A DNA stretch of 64,000 bases from positions 492 through 64,491 of the IMG/VR virus record IMGVR_UViG_3300024287_000004; one strand, written 5' to 3'. The notes beneath the pieces were generated by a model, which did not search any database, was not told the origin of the DNA, and saw nothing but the letters and a program-made list of their open reading frames with translations. The position numbers and the translations under genes were made by a program. Below are positions 47,173 through 55,808 of this stretch, piece after piece. Position 1 is the first letter of the stretch, and the number at the start of each line of letters is the position of its first letter. The stretch comes from a virus. Its lineage: Duplodnaviria; Heunggongvirae; Uroviricota; Caudoviricetes.

Positions 47173-48081
47173 TTACTCGCTCATATCGCTCTCAGCCCGA
47201 ATGCAAATAAACCTAGCGAAACGTGGCTTATCTTTTACACCTACGTCCATAGAACGGTACTTAATGAACTTGCCCACAATTTCAGCAGGGTTATTGAAGT
47301 AGTGTGTTCGTTCTTCGTGAGTCATCTTTCCCGCTCCAACGTCGATTTCCATGCCGGAAGTTAAGTCCTTGCATACCAGCATACCTACCATCGCCTTGCC
47401 TACTTTGTTCTCTTTGTGGCTGCTACGCTCAGTATGGCCTAGCTCATTAATCTTGGCCTCATTCTGGTTTTCCATTGCTTCAACCAACCGCAACACTACA
47501 GCTTCTTTATCCGATTGTGGTTTGATACGCAGATAAGCCCCTGCTTTCACAGTTGCTCGACCGCTTTTGTGCATACCGTCAGGATCGCGTAGAACCACTC
47601 CCTCGTAACCTTCCTCTAGGCACTTCTCGTAGAAGGCTTCCACTTCCATAGCTGAATTGAGCATTGTGTAAGGGATAACACTAACACTTATGGCGTCCAT
47701 CTTAGCTTGGTTGGCGTAGTAGTAGTCCCAAAGGGCCTCGTACCTTTCCTTGTAGGGTTTGTGAACAACACTTGGGTGTAGCCAGTCAAACAAGTTCCAG
47801 CTAACGTTAGGTTCACCTGCCCTTGTGTTAAGTGCGGAAGTGGTGTCCCGGCACAGAGATTGTGAGGTAAGACCTCCTGCGGTAAGCTCTCCATCAAACC
47901 CTGTGCAGATGTCCAGAGAGTATTTAGATGTTATGAATTTATTCTCGTGCGGTTTAAGACTACGCCCCGTCATAGACCCTGTAATGTGAATTCCCCGAAC
48001 TCCGTCAATCTTCGGAAATCCCATTACAGGGTAGCTAATCTTGCTCAGGTCAGCGTCGCACGCCAGATGTGGTTTTAACAT
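47173..48081 (-). CDS. ATP-dependent DNA ligase (T7-type)
   Basis: Adenylation motif I KIDGVRG; ATG 48081 with RBS gtgagg preferred over track GTG 48123. Confidence 0.8.
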   Translation of the reverse strand: MLKPHLACDADLSKISYPVMGFPKIDGVRGIHITGSMTGRSLKPHENKFITSKYSLDICTGFDGELTAGGLTSQSLCRDTTSALNTRAGEPNVSWNLFDWLHPSVVHKPYKERYEALWDYYYANQAKMDAISVSVIPYTMLNSAMEVEAFYEKCLEEGYEGVVLRDPDGMHKSGRATVKAGAYLRIKPQSDKEAVVLRLVEAMENQNEAKINELGHTERSSHKENKVGKAMVGMLVCKDLTSGMEIDVGAGKMTHEERTHYFNNPAEIVGKFIKYRSMDVGVKDKPRFARFICIRAESDMSE

Positions 48082-48091
48082 ACATGTTACC

Positions 48092-48655
48092 TCACTTTCC
48101 GTGCCGCCCAGTGTAGTTAGCACCGGCAGCGTTTAATTGTTCAATCCTAGCCTTACGGTACTCTGTGGCCAGCCTCTTAGCTTCCTGCTCCCCGTACCTG
48201 ATAAAAGAAAAAGCTTTATGTTTAAGCTTTCCATTCTCTACCCAGTACGCAGACCAGTAGTCGTACTTCTTACCAAACCTATTGATTTGATAGGTCTGGG
48301 TTACACCTGTTATACCTGATTTATTTCTTGGTGTTTTTGAAGCATTCTGTGCATTGATCTTGGGAGTGGCGAGACGCAAATTTGCGAGCCTATTATCATA
48401 CCGAATTCCGTTGATATGGTCGATAGAAGCCCCTCTTGGGATCGTCCCGTTGTGTAGCTCCCATACTACTCTGTGGGCCTTCCAGTTTTCATCCCCGCAC
48501 TTACCCCTGTAGTAGCCGTAAGTGTCAAGGCTGCCAGCCTCGTCCCCAACACTGTGCAATAGCACACGCCCGTCTTTTCCTGCTCTTACTTCGACAGCCC
48601 AACGCAAGCCGCTTTTGCTCGTCTCGTCGTAATACAACCTATTTAAAACGCTCAC
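48092..48655 (-). CDS. HNH homing endonuclease (HNH_3 + AP2 domain)
   Basis: HRVVWELHNGTIPRGASIDHINGIRYDNRLANLRLAT. Confidence 0.75.
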   Translation of the reverse strand: MSVLNRLYYDETSKSGLRWAVEVRAGKDGRVLLHSVGDEAGSLDTYGYYRGKCGDENWKAHRVVWELHNGTIPRGASIDHINGIRYDNRLANLRLATPKINAQNASKTPRNKSGITGVTQTYQINRFGKKYDYWSAYWVENGKLKHKAFSFIRYGEQEAKRLATEYRKARIEQLNAAGANYTGRHGK

Positions 48656-48677
48656 TAACTAACTCCTTAAAGTTGGT

Positions 48678-48706
48678 AGTGTATCAGAACGACGGTTCGT
48701 TGTCAA
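48678..48706 (-). promoter_or_regulatory. Sigma70-like promoter on minus strand (TTGACA-17-TACACT)
   Basis: revcomp tgtcaa 48701-48706. Confidence 0.5.
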
Positions 48707-49071
48707 GCTTGGGATTTCCCACGGCTCCTTTTCTTCAAAATAGCAATCATGTTGTTAATCATCGCCACGCGGTAGGTTTGGATGACACTGGTTGGGGTGC
48801 GATGAACCTCCTTGGAGGTAAATTTAATACTTAAGAATGCCTCCATCGTAGGGAAGCCCCTAATGTGCTTTGCTACCAGATTACCCAAGCGATAGCGTGC
48901 ATCCATGATACCAAGCCGAGAAGCTGCTTTTCCAATTGCGTAACAAACGCAGCGCTCCTTATTCGAAGGTAACGAGAAGTTCCATCGGCCCCAAGTTGCC
49001 TTGGTCCCTTTCCACAGAAATTCATCCCGTGCCAGTTCCAGCACTTCGATAAGTTGTGTGTTAGTAGCCAT
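48703..49071 (-). CDS. Hypothetical protein, 122 aa
   Basis: ORF. Confidence 0.45.
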   Translation of the reverse strand: MATNTQLIEVLELARDEFLWKGTKATWGRWNFSLPSNKERCVCYAIGKAASRLGIMDARYRLGNLVAKHIRGFPTMEAFLSIKFTSKEVHRTPTSVIQTYRVAMINNMIAILKKRSRGKSQA

Positions 49072-49781
49072 TATTTACCCTCCCCTTCCAGTTCGTTTGC
49101 AATACGCTCCAGCATTTCCACCCGGAGCTGCTGCATCCAAGTCATTCCTTTAGCCTCAACGAAATCTTCGCCAAGCAAGCGGATAAGAACTTGTCTCAAC
49201 GTAGCACCACCCAAATCGTCAAGTTCAATACCAAGCACCTGTGCGATTTTTGCCTTTACCACGTTGGCAGCTTCGCTAACACCTGTGCGGCCGTGGCTCT
49301 CATGGTGCTGCGCGGCCCAGCGCACGGCGGAACAAGCGTATTCAGACTTGCACCATGCGTGCATAACTTCGTACTCATTTTTGCCGAGGTAAGCAAGGGC
49401 CTTACGTGCAAGCTCCGAAGGTTTGACAACCTCTACCCCAGTAGCCTTATACTTCGCCAAGATGGCTTCCAGCGTTTGCTTGCGGAAAGCCTGAATCTTT
49501 TCACGCTCGTAAATACCACGAGCAATGCAATAGCCTTTTGCGGTAGCAGAGCCCGGAATCTTTGCACGAATTTTTGCTTCCAATTCTCGCCCCAACGGGT
49601 GATCTCCAATATAGATCGGAGTGCCACGCTTGCCGTACACGACCTCCACGATGGCGAATTCTACGGCATGGCACATGTACTCAGGACTATTCTGGTATGC
49701 ATCGGCACGTACGCTTACCCCGTCCCACAGGCGGGCGATTGCGTTTTCAAGAATAGCGATGATGATTTGGTTGTCGGTCAT
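49071..49781 (-). CDS. Hypothetical protein, 236 aa (first gene of leftward early/replication block)
   Basis: ORF; promoter 49817-49845 immediately upstream. Confidence 0.5.
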   Translation of the reverse strand: MTDNQIIIAILENAIARLWDGVSVRADAYQNSPEYMCHAVEFAIVEVVYGKRGTPIYIGDHPLGRELEAKIRAKIPGSATAKGYCIARGIYEREKIQAFRKQTLEAILAKYKATGVEVVKPSELARKALAYLGKNEYEVMHAWCKSEYACSAVRWAAQHHESHGRTGVSEAANVVKAKIAQVLGIELDDLGGATLRQVLIRLLGEDFVEAKGMTWMQQLRVEMLERIANELEGEGK

Positions 49782-49816
49782 GTTAGTCTCCTTCTTTGTG
49801 TGGTTGATTAGTCGCT

Positions 49817-49845
49817 ACTATACTAACTAGCAAACTACTTGTCAA
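49817..49845 (-). promoter_or_regulatory. Sigma70-like leftward promoter (TTGACA-17-TATAGT)
   Basis: revcomp tgtcaa 49840-49845; actata 49817-49822. Confidence 0.55.
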
Positions 49846-49905
49846 GAATTTTTTTGCGTTGTAAAAACGTAGCGTGGTAGGTAGCTAGGAACAAAATTTG
49901 AAATT

Positions 49906-49979
49906 TCCGGCGAGTGGATTTTGAATTTGAAATTTTAGAATTTTCTGGAAAATGTACCGAAAATTTTCGCTTCTTCTTA
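49906..49979. repeat. AT-rich repeat element copy A (gaaattt/gaatttt units ... accgaaaattttcgcttcttctta); copy B at 55271-55322
   Basis: ~80% identity between 49935-49979 and 55278-55322; internal short direct repeats. Confidence 0.7.
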
Positions 49980-49984
49980 TACGC

Positions 49985-50026
49985 GCACGCACGCACCCGC
50001 ACATGCGGGTACGCACGCGAGAAAAG
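49985..50026. repeat. GC-rich imperfect palindrome (cgcacgcacgcacccgcacatgcgggtacgcacgcg)
   Basis: Inverted symmetry around cccgcaCATgcggg. Confidence 0.5.
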
Positions 50027-50100
50027 TTGCGTAAAAACAACAAAGTTGCTGAAAAGACACGAAACCCGGTAGCTAGGCAGAACGCCAGCTAGGAAGCGTG

Positions 50101-50121
50101 TTGACATTCCGCAATGCGGAA
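50101..50121 (+). promoter_or_regulatory. TTGACA hexamer abutting a perfect 7-1-7 palindrome ttccgcaAtgcggaa (operator-like)
   Basis: ttgaca 50101-50106; palindrome 50107-50121. Confidence 0.35.
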
Positions 50122-50576
50122 CGAGAAAAGCGTTGGACAATAGAACCCCGCTAGCGCGCAGGCACTATGAGACGGATAATACTGGGCTTACCCGGACATG
50201 TCAACTCCGAGTGTTAGATAGTAGCTCGCTAGTGTGGGGAGTTTGCAACACGAAAAGCGTTTCGCCATAGGACGGCGTTCTCTGGACTCTTAGAGGATGC
50301 GGCTGATCGCCTGTTTCGTAGGCTCTTGCCGCTGACGCTTAGCCAGTGAGACGATTATCCGTCAAAACTCTAGACGGGTCAAGAACTATTTTGAACGGTG
50401 GAAAATACGCAACAATGCCCACATAAGAGCCTGTTAAATTTAACAGTAGGACCATTCCGACAAAGACTAGGCACAGTCCTACAGCCTCCAAGTGGGAGCT
50501 AACCCATTGATTCCAAATACCTAACCTGTTTAAGTCAGAAAACCCGCTTTTTGTCAAACTTTTTAGTGAACAACCC

Positions 50577-50605
50577 TTGACTGTTACAGACGCCGGTACT
50601 ACTAT
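50577..50605 (+). promoter_or_regulatory. Sigma70-like rightward early promoter (TTGACT-17-TACTAT)
   Basis: ttgact 50577-50582; tactat 50600-50605; gene starts 50664 with RBS aaggagag. Confidence 0.5.
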
Positions 50606-50663
50606 GCATCCTGTCGTATTCGACAACCTGCCCAACTAGGGCTAAAACCAAGGAGAGATAAAC

Positions 50664-51536
50664 ATGCAAACCACCGCTTACGTTGGCCCCACAGAAATTC
50701 TGTGCCGCTATGACTACAATCTCAACAAGCCGGTTGTCTTCATTGCTCATTCGATGGGTAACGGGCAAATCCAAGTGTGGGACGGCAACGAAACCAAATT
50801 CGTGCCACTTCACGAATACCAGCGCACGGCCCCGCTGGCGAAAGCTGACGAGGATGTGTTAGCAAAACGCTTTGCAAAGCAAACAGGAGATAAAAGCGTG
50901 GTTGTGCGTCAACGCCTTCCGCGTACCCCTCGCACTCGTCCTGAGCGTTTGGCTATTACCAACACCGGCCCCGTCCCGGTTCCGGCTAAGGCCCAGCAGC
51001 AACAAAGCAGTCAGGACGTTCCGGCCCCGGCAGCAAGCCCGGCTGTTGAGGTTCCTACCACCACCGATCCCAGCGATGTTATCCTTGGCAAGATCAAGGA
51101 AGAAAGCGCCAAGGTTGCTATGTTGTCGGCGCAGGTGGCTGAATTCTCGCAAAAGCTGCAACAGGCCACCAGCGATCACGATGCGGCGCAACGTACCTAC
51201 ACCATCCTGACGGCACAGTATCAAGCTGCCTGTGAGCGTGAGGCGCAAGAAGAACTCCAGAAGCGGCAGCAAATGCTTGCCGAAGCTGTAGCCCCGCTGG
51301 GAGCACTTAAACAAGACTTCCCGCAAGGCCAGCAACAGCAGCAACAGACCCCCGAGGCATCCAGCCCCTCTGGTAAAAACGGGGTTCCGCGTGGGGCTGG
51401 CGGCAAGTTCCAGAAGAAAGCAGCAGGCAGTCCCCCGGCTGAACCCGATGCAGCGCTGACCGCCTTTAAGCAACTCTCCCCGGCACAGAGGGACGCCGCA
51501 TTAAAAGCCGCAGGGCTCGCCACCGGCCCCGCATAA
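50664..51536 (+). CDS. Early protein, 290 aa, Gln/Ala/Pro-rich low-complexity with coiled coil
   Basis: RBS aaggagag; ORF. Confidence 0.5.
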   Translation: MQTTAYVGPTEILCRYDYNLNKPVVFIAHSMGNGQIQVWDGNETKFVPLHEYQRTAPLAKADEDVLAKRFAKQTGDKSVVVRQRLPRTPRTRPERLAITNTGPVPVPAKAQQQQSSQDVPAPAASPAVEVPTTTDPSDVILGKIKEESAKVAMLSAQVAEFSQKLQQATSDHDAAQRTYTILTAQYQAACEREAQEELQKRQQMLAEAVAPLGALKQDFPQGQQQQQQTPEASSPSGKNGVPRGAGGKFQKKAAGSPPAEPDAALTAFKQLSPAQRDAALKAAGLATGPA

Positions 51537-51561
51537 AAACAACGGGCAGTTAAAAAATCGC

Positions 51562-51590
51562 TTGCAGGTAGTTAGCTAGGTATGTAAGAA
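51562..51590 (+). promoter_or_regulatory. Sigma70-like promoter (TTGCAG-17-TAAGAA)
   Basis: ttgcag 51562-51567. Confidence 0.35.
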
Positions 51591-51650
51591 TTGTCTTACT
51601 GCGCGGAGAGCAGCGCAGGCATACCAAACCTAACTACCTGAAAGTGATAT

Positions 51651-51890
51651 ATGAATGTTGCTAATCACCCCGCAGTAAACGCAGTGCTGGCAATCATGTA
51701 CAAACTGCTTCCCCGCAAAGTCAATGGCTATTGGACCGTTACGCTTTCCTCGGATGAGAGCAACGTCCAATATCGCTCTCTCAACAAGGCCAATGCACAA
51801 GATTGGCTCAACGACAACCAGTCCCACGACGACTTGAACGCTCAGGCAGGCGTGAGCGTGTGGCGCGCACGCTCCCCGGAGGCCGCATAA
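51651..51890 (+). CDS. Early hypothetical protein, 79 aa
   Basis: ORF. Confidence 0.4.
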   Translation: MNVANHPAVNAVLAIMYKLLPRKVNGYWTVTLSSDESNVQYRSLNKANAQDWLNDNQSHDDLNAQAGVSVWRARSPEAA

Positions 51891-52004
51891 TGCCCCGTCC
51901 CTACACTCCACGCGATTACGCAGCAGAACAGGTCCAGCGGCTAGCAATGTACCGGGCCTTCCGAGAAGCGAAAGCGGCAATTCTGCAACAGAACAAATAA
52001 AAGC

Positions 52005-52033
52005 TTGCACAAATCAAAAAACGTCTGTAAGAT
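52005..52033 (+). promoter_or_regulatory. Early promoter, conserved family (AAAGCTTGCACAAAtcAAAAA ... TAAGAT)
   Basis: ttgcac 52005-52010, 17-bp spacer, taagat 52028-52033. Confidence 0.55.
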
Positions 52034-52070
52034 AGCAAACACTAACAACCAAACCTTAGAGGGCTACAAT

Positions 52071-52562
52071 ATGAACACCACCGAATACAAAGGCTTTAAC
52101 ATCACCGAAAACAATGGCCGTCTCTTTGTGAGTGCTTGCGGCGGTTATCCGCACGATAGCTTTAACCCGGACGGCTATGCCACCATGAACAACGCCAAGG
52201 GCGCTATCACTAAGCACTTGAAAGCGGTAGAAGAACGCCACAATGCCTTCTGCGACGATGTAGCGGGAATGGCGAAGGAAGACAAAGACGCCCCCACCCC
52301 GAAAGAGCAAATCAGCCGCGCATTGGCCTCGGAAGTAAAGGCCGCCCGCAAGAACAAACCCGCTACCAACGACAAGGCAGACAAGGCTAGCGATGCGGCA
52401 GCGCACCCGCTTGAAGTAGCAACCGGGATGCCGTTTGCTGATAAAATTGCGGATATCGTAAACCTCCACAGCCGTAACAAGCGGGAAGGCCGCTATGCTG
52501 GTAAGAGCCGGGGTAGCCATAGCCGCGCCCGTTGCAACCACCTCAAGAACATCAACGCATAA
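52071..52562 (+). CDS. Early hypothetical protein, ~164 aa
   Basis: MNTTEYKGFNITENNG with RBS agaggg; internal start of track ORF 52005..52562. Confidence 0.45.
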   Translation: MNTTEYKGFNITENNGRLFVSACGGYPHDSFNPDGYATMNNAKGAITKHLKAVEERHNAFCDDVAGMAKEDKDAPTPKEQISRALASEVKAARKNKPATNDKADKASDAAAHPLEVATGMPFADKIADIVNLHSRNKREGRYAGKSRGSHSRARCNHLKNINA

Positions 52563-52816
52563 CCACAAGCGGGGCCTTAGTAGCACCGCCTTCCTGATAG
52601 AGACGAAAGGAACCAGATTCATGTGCCACAGCAACGAAACGTTTGTTCGCTCCCGTAAGCCTGCGCACCGCCGTGAGGCTCGCCCGGAACAGCCCCAGCA
52701 GCAACGCCGGAAAGCTGCCCCGGCTGGCAAAGCATGGCAGCGCACGGACAAGCGCGCTATGCTCGCTGACCACTACGCAGAAGCCTACTAGGTAATGTGG
52801 TTAACTAGCAACACAC

Positions 52817-52850
52817 CCCGCACCCCTGTAAAAAGGGGTGCGGGTATTAT
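52817..52850 (+). terminator. Rho-independent terminator
   Basis: ccgcacccct-gtaaaa-aggggtgcgg stem then T-rich tattattgtttgtgtt. Confidence 0.6.
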
Positions 52851-53112
52851 TGTTTGTGTTGTGGAATATTATTCATCGGTGGCGTTGTGCTGCCGAGATA
52901 ACTAAGAGCGGAGCTAACTATGACCTACGCAGTAGTAGATACCCAAACCAACACCGTAGCCAAGGACGCCGGGGGCAACGGCCATATCTACAGCACCAAG
53001 ACCCAAGCCCAACAGGTTTGCGAGGAATTGAACAAAGCCGGGGATGCAACAGCCCCGGCTGGCATGGAGTGCAGTCGGTTTACGGTCAAGCCGTGGTAAA
53101 CAATAATAAAGC

Positions 53113-53141
53113 TTGACACAAGCAAAAAGCCCCTGTAATAT
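53113..53141 (+). promoter_or_regulatory. Early promoter, conserved family (AAAGCTTGACACAAGCAAAAAG ... TAATAT)
   Basis: ttgaca 53113-53118; taatat 53136-53141. Confidence 0.6.
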
Positions 53142-53176
53142 GGGGCCTTCCTTAACCACCAAGCGAGCTAAGCATC

Positions 53177-53728
53177 ATGGAAAACAACACCAACACCCCG
53201 GCCCCTGCGATGAAAGACCCGTTCTTTGTCGTCAATCGCGGCCCTGCTGACTTCGTTATTATCGACCAAGCTATCTGGGACGGGGAAAAATACCGGGGCA
53301 AGTACAGCGGCGAAACGCTGGAACAGATTCGTGAGCGTATGGAACTCTTGTACGTGAACGGTGTTACCGACTACGAAACCCGGTGGAAAGCCAATGCCAA
53401 CGCAGAGCTTATGGAGTGGGAGCAAGCATCTGCAATGCTTGACGCTGCCCAGCGTGCTAAATACGTAGGCCCGGTTAAGGAGATTACCAAAGACCGCTTT
53501 TGGTATCTGCTGGAAGTGTTGCCCCCTGTAGGCTGGAAGCGGGGCGAAGGTTCGGAAAGCTTTAAAATGTCAGAACGCCTTACCGGCAGCATCACCACCA
53601 TTGCCGCTCGCATCGGGGAGAAATACTATGAATTTAACGACAACATTACCATGTCGCATGATGCTGTGATCGAGAAAATCCAGCAGGCAATCAAAGACGG
53701 CTCACTGATCCCTAAGGAACCCGGCTAA
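53177..53728 (+). CDS. Early hypothetical protein, 183 aa
   Basis: ORF. Confidence 0.5.
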   Translation: MENNTNTPAPAMKDPFFVVNRGPADFVIIDQAIWDGEKYRGKYSGETLEQIRERMELLYVNGVTDYETRWKANANAELMEWEQASAMLDAAQRAKYVGPVKEITKDRFWYLLEVLPPVGWKRGEGSESFKMSERLTGSITTIAARIGEKYYEFNDNITMSHDAVIEKIQQAIKDGSLIPKEPG

Positions 53729-53738
53729 AACAAACGAA

Positions 53739-53765
53739 AAGGCCCCTAGCGGGCCTTTTCTGTCT
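53739..53765 (+). terminator. Rho-independent terminator
   Basis: aaaggcccc-tagc-gggccttttc. Confidence 0.55.
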
Positions 53766-53845
53766 CTGGTCAATACCCCGATAGCCCCGGAGGATTAAAA
53801 CGTCTCTGGGGCCTTTTTATTGAATCCTATTGATCGGAGTAAATA

Positions 53846-54058
53846 ATGAGCAAACCGCTAGATTATGTCCAAACCCTGCATGAAATGTGCGGGTCACTAG
53901 GGGAACTGATAGAAATGAATGAGCACTACTTGATGACTTGGGAGGACGCCGGGTTAATCAGCATCACCGACACAGCAGAGCTAGAGCTAAGGCTACAGCG
54001 CCGCCAGCATGAGGCCCTGTCCTTCGCCTTACAACAACTTGCCACTGTAGCAGCCTAA
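53846..54058 (+). CDS. Early hypothetical protein, 70 aa
   Basis: RBS ggag; ORF. Confidence 0.45.
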   Translation: MSKPLDYVQTLHEMCGSLGELIEMNEHYLMTWEDAGLISITDTAELELRLQRRQHEALSFALQQLATVAA

Positions 54059-54080
54059 CCACACACCACAGAGGCCCCAG

Positions 54081-54120
54081 AAGCGCGTGCGTTAATAAAC
54101 GCTTGCGCTTTTTTATTTTT
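54081..54120 (+). terminator. Rho-independent terminator (overlaps next promoter)
   Basis: aagcgc...gcgctt stem then ttttattttt. Confidence 0.5.
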
Positions 54121-54131
54121 GTGTGTAATAT
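54103..54131 (+). promoter_or_regulatory. Early promoter, conserved family (ACGCTTGCGC ... TAATAT)
   Basis: ttgcgc 54103-54108; taatat 54126-54131. Confidence 0.5.
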
Positions 54132-54158
54132 GGGCTTATTCAAACAACGGAGGCCAGA

Positions 54159-54314
54159 ATGAGCGCAAACATCGGATGGAACGTCTACCTTAACGGGAAG
54201 AAAATTGACACAGTGTATTTCACGCCCGGCTGTGATGCAGAATATGTGCGTAAGTCCCTCATCAACCATGACGGCTACAACGCCGATATCGTAGTTAAGA
54301 TGGTGAAAAAATGA
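54159..54314 (+). CDS. Early small protein, 51 aa
   Basis: RBS ggaggcc; ATGA overlap with next gene; not in ORF track (<60 aa). Confidence 0.4.
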   Translation: MSANIGWNVYLNGKKIDTVYFTPGCDAEYVRKSLINHDGYNADIVVKMVKK

Positions 54315-54505
54315 AAGCAAACGGCTTCGTAACGGTCGAAATTGCACGGCCTAACAAGAACAGCGTGTCCCGGCTACCGTGCTACGTGGCAGTCGATAAA
54401 ATTTACACCCTGACCCGTGCTTATTGCCGTGAAAGCCTGCAACAGCTAAGCGGCATTCATGGCGAGAACAAAGCCCGAATTCTTTCCTACGAACTGAACG
54501 GATAA
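54311..54505 (+). CDS. Early hypothetical protein, 64 aa
   Basis: ORF. Confidence 0.4.
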   Translation: MKANGFVTVEIARPNKNSVSRLPCYVAVDKIYTLTRAYCRESLQQLSGIHGENKARILSYELNG

Positions 54506-54510
54506 CAGCT

Positions 54511-54870
54511 ATGGCACGCAAACTAATCACAGCAGCAGACGGGCTTGCAGCCCGCATTTTCCACCCTGACGGCAAAGGGCTACGGGGCGTCACCCTATTG
54601 ATGCCTAGCGGCGTGCGTGGCCTGTCCCTGAGCGTGGCTGTCCACGACGAGAAAGGCAAGCGCAAGGCGATGAATTGCCTGTCCCTCAAAGGGCAGGATT
54701 TCAGCCTGCAATGGGAACGGGCTATTTTGCAGATTGCCGACTACTACCGCATCCTACCGAGTGACCCCCTGTACAAACAAATGCTGGAGGCGAAAGAGCA
54801 GTTTTTGACCCGCTACGGCATGACGCTGGAAACGCAGACAATCACGTTCCAACAGGCGCAACTGGCCTAA
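54511..54870 (+). CDS. Early hypothetical protein, 119 aa
   Basis: ORF. Confidence 0.45.
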   Translation: MARKLITAADGLAARIFHPDGKGLRGVTLLMPSGVRGLSLSVAVHDEKGKRKAMNCLSLKGQDFSLQWERAILQIADYYRILPSDPLYKQMLEAKEQFLTRYGMTLETQTITFQQAQLA

Positions 54871-54896
54871 ATAATACGCCACCAAGAGAACGACAA

Positions 54897-55247
54897 ATGT
54901 ATAAAAAAGTAGTGATGAATTCGGGCCGAGTTGTCAATGCGCCTGTTAAGCTTAGAACGGTTTATATGTTCCAAGGCGAGATTGTCAAGACCAACCGAGG
55001 AACAAGTTTGGAGGAAGCGGCAATCAATATCGAGAGGCATGTGCAACGGAATTCCTACGGGGCGACATACGTTGAAGTGCTGGACGCCGACACGGAACAG
55101 CTTTACTATTCCGCGAAGATTAAACGCGTCACCGAAAAGGGGAAATTCATTCTTAAAAAAGATGGTATTTACGAATGGAACCCCGAGGACACGGAAAGAA
55201 AATATGGCGTATCTGCCCTATTTGCGAAAGGGAAGAACGGGAAATAA
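54897..55247 (+). CDS. Early hypothetical protein, 116 aa
   Basis: ORF. Confidence 0.45.
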   Translation: MYKKVVMNSGRVVNAPVKLRTVYMFQGEIVKTNRGTSLEEAAINIERHVQRNSYGATYVEVLDADTEQLYYSAKIKRVTEKGKFILKKDGIYEWNPEDTERKYGVSALFAKGKNGK

Positions 55248-55248
55248 A

Positions 55249-55275
55249 AAGGAGGGGCCGTAGGCCCCTTTTCAA
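55249..55275 (+). terminator. Rho-independent terminator
   Basis: ggaggggcc-gta-ggcccctttt. Confidence 0.6.
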
Positions 55276-55322
55276 ATTTGGAATTTTCCGTGAAATACAC
55301 CGAAAAATTTCCATTCTTCTTA
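55271..55322. repeat. AT-rich repeat element copy B (see 49906-49979)
   Basis: caaatttggaattttccgtgaaatacaccgaaaaatttccattcttctta. Confidence 0.7.
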
Positions 55323-55345
55323 GGAGCATCCAAGCCTTATGCGAG

Positions 55346-55494
55346 ATATCCACACCTGAAAACCGACTTATCCACAGAAAAGTTGTCAAAAAGCAGCAAA
55401 TTGTGGATAACTTGAGCTTTGCCTGTGGATAACAGTCCTTAGCGTTGTACAGGCGCAACACATCGTTGCTGCCGTAGCAACAACTTGTGGATAA
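55346..55494. repeat. DnaA-box cluster 1: five 9-mers (atatccaca 55346; TTATCCACA 55368; TGTGGATAA 55402, 55424, 55486)
   Basis: Four perfect matches to DnaA box consensus TTATCCACA in 150 bp, both orientations. Confidence 0.75.
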
Positions 55495-55727
55495 CTGTAC
55501 GTCTCGGCCAAGCGACGGCTAGCCAGCCTAGCCAAGAGGCTAGACAGCCAAAGGAGGGGCCTTTTACAGCCCTACCGTACGCTAGCACACTACGCCACGG
55601 AACGCAAGCACGAGAACAAGTTAAATAGTGCTTGTGCTTATTGCGGCATGGTGCTAACATGGCGGTTCCTTAACACCGTAAAACAACATGACCCAGAACG
55701 AGTGGAAGCAAGCCAATAGAAATAAAC

Positions 55728-55760
55728 ACAAGCCCCTTGCGGGGCTTGTGTTTTCTTGTG
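55728..55760 (+). terminator. Rho-independent terminator
   Basis: aagcccc-ttgc-ggggctt then gtgttttcttg. Confidence 0.5.
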
Positions 55761-55808
55761 TATGGGTTTATTATTCGTCCTGTCACTAACTCACTAGGGA
55801 ACCGAATC

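Noticed and set aside
50339-50635. 98-aa minus-strand ORF inside the divergent control region
   Set aside because: It has no RBS and overlaps the rightward promoter. The region is better explained as regulatory DNA.
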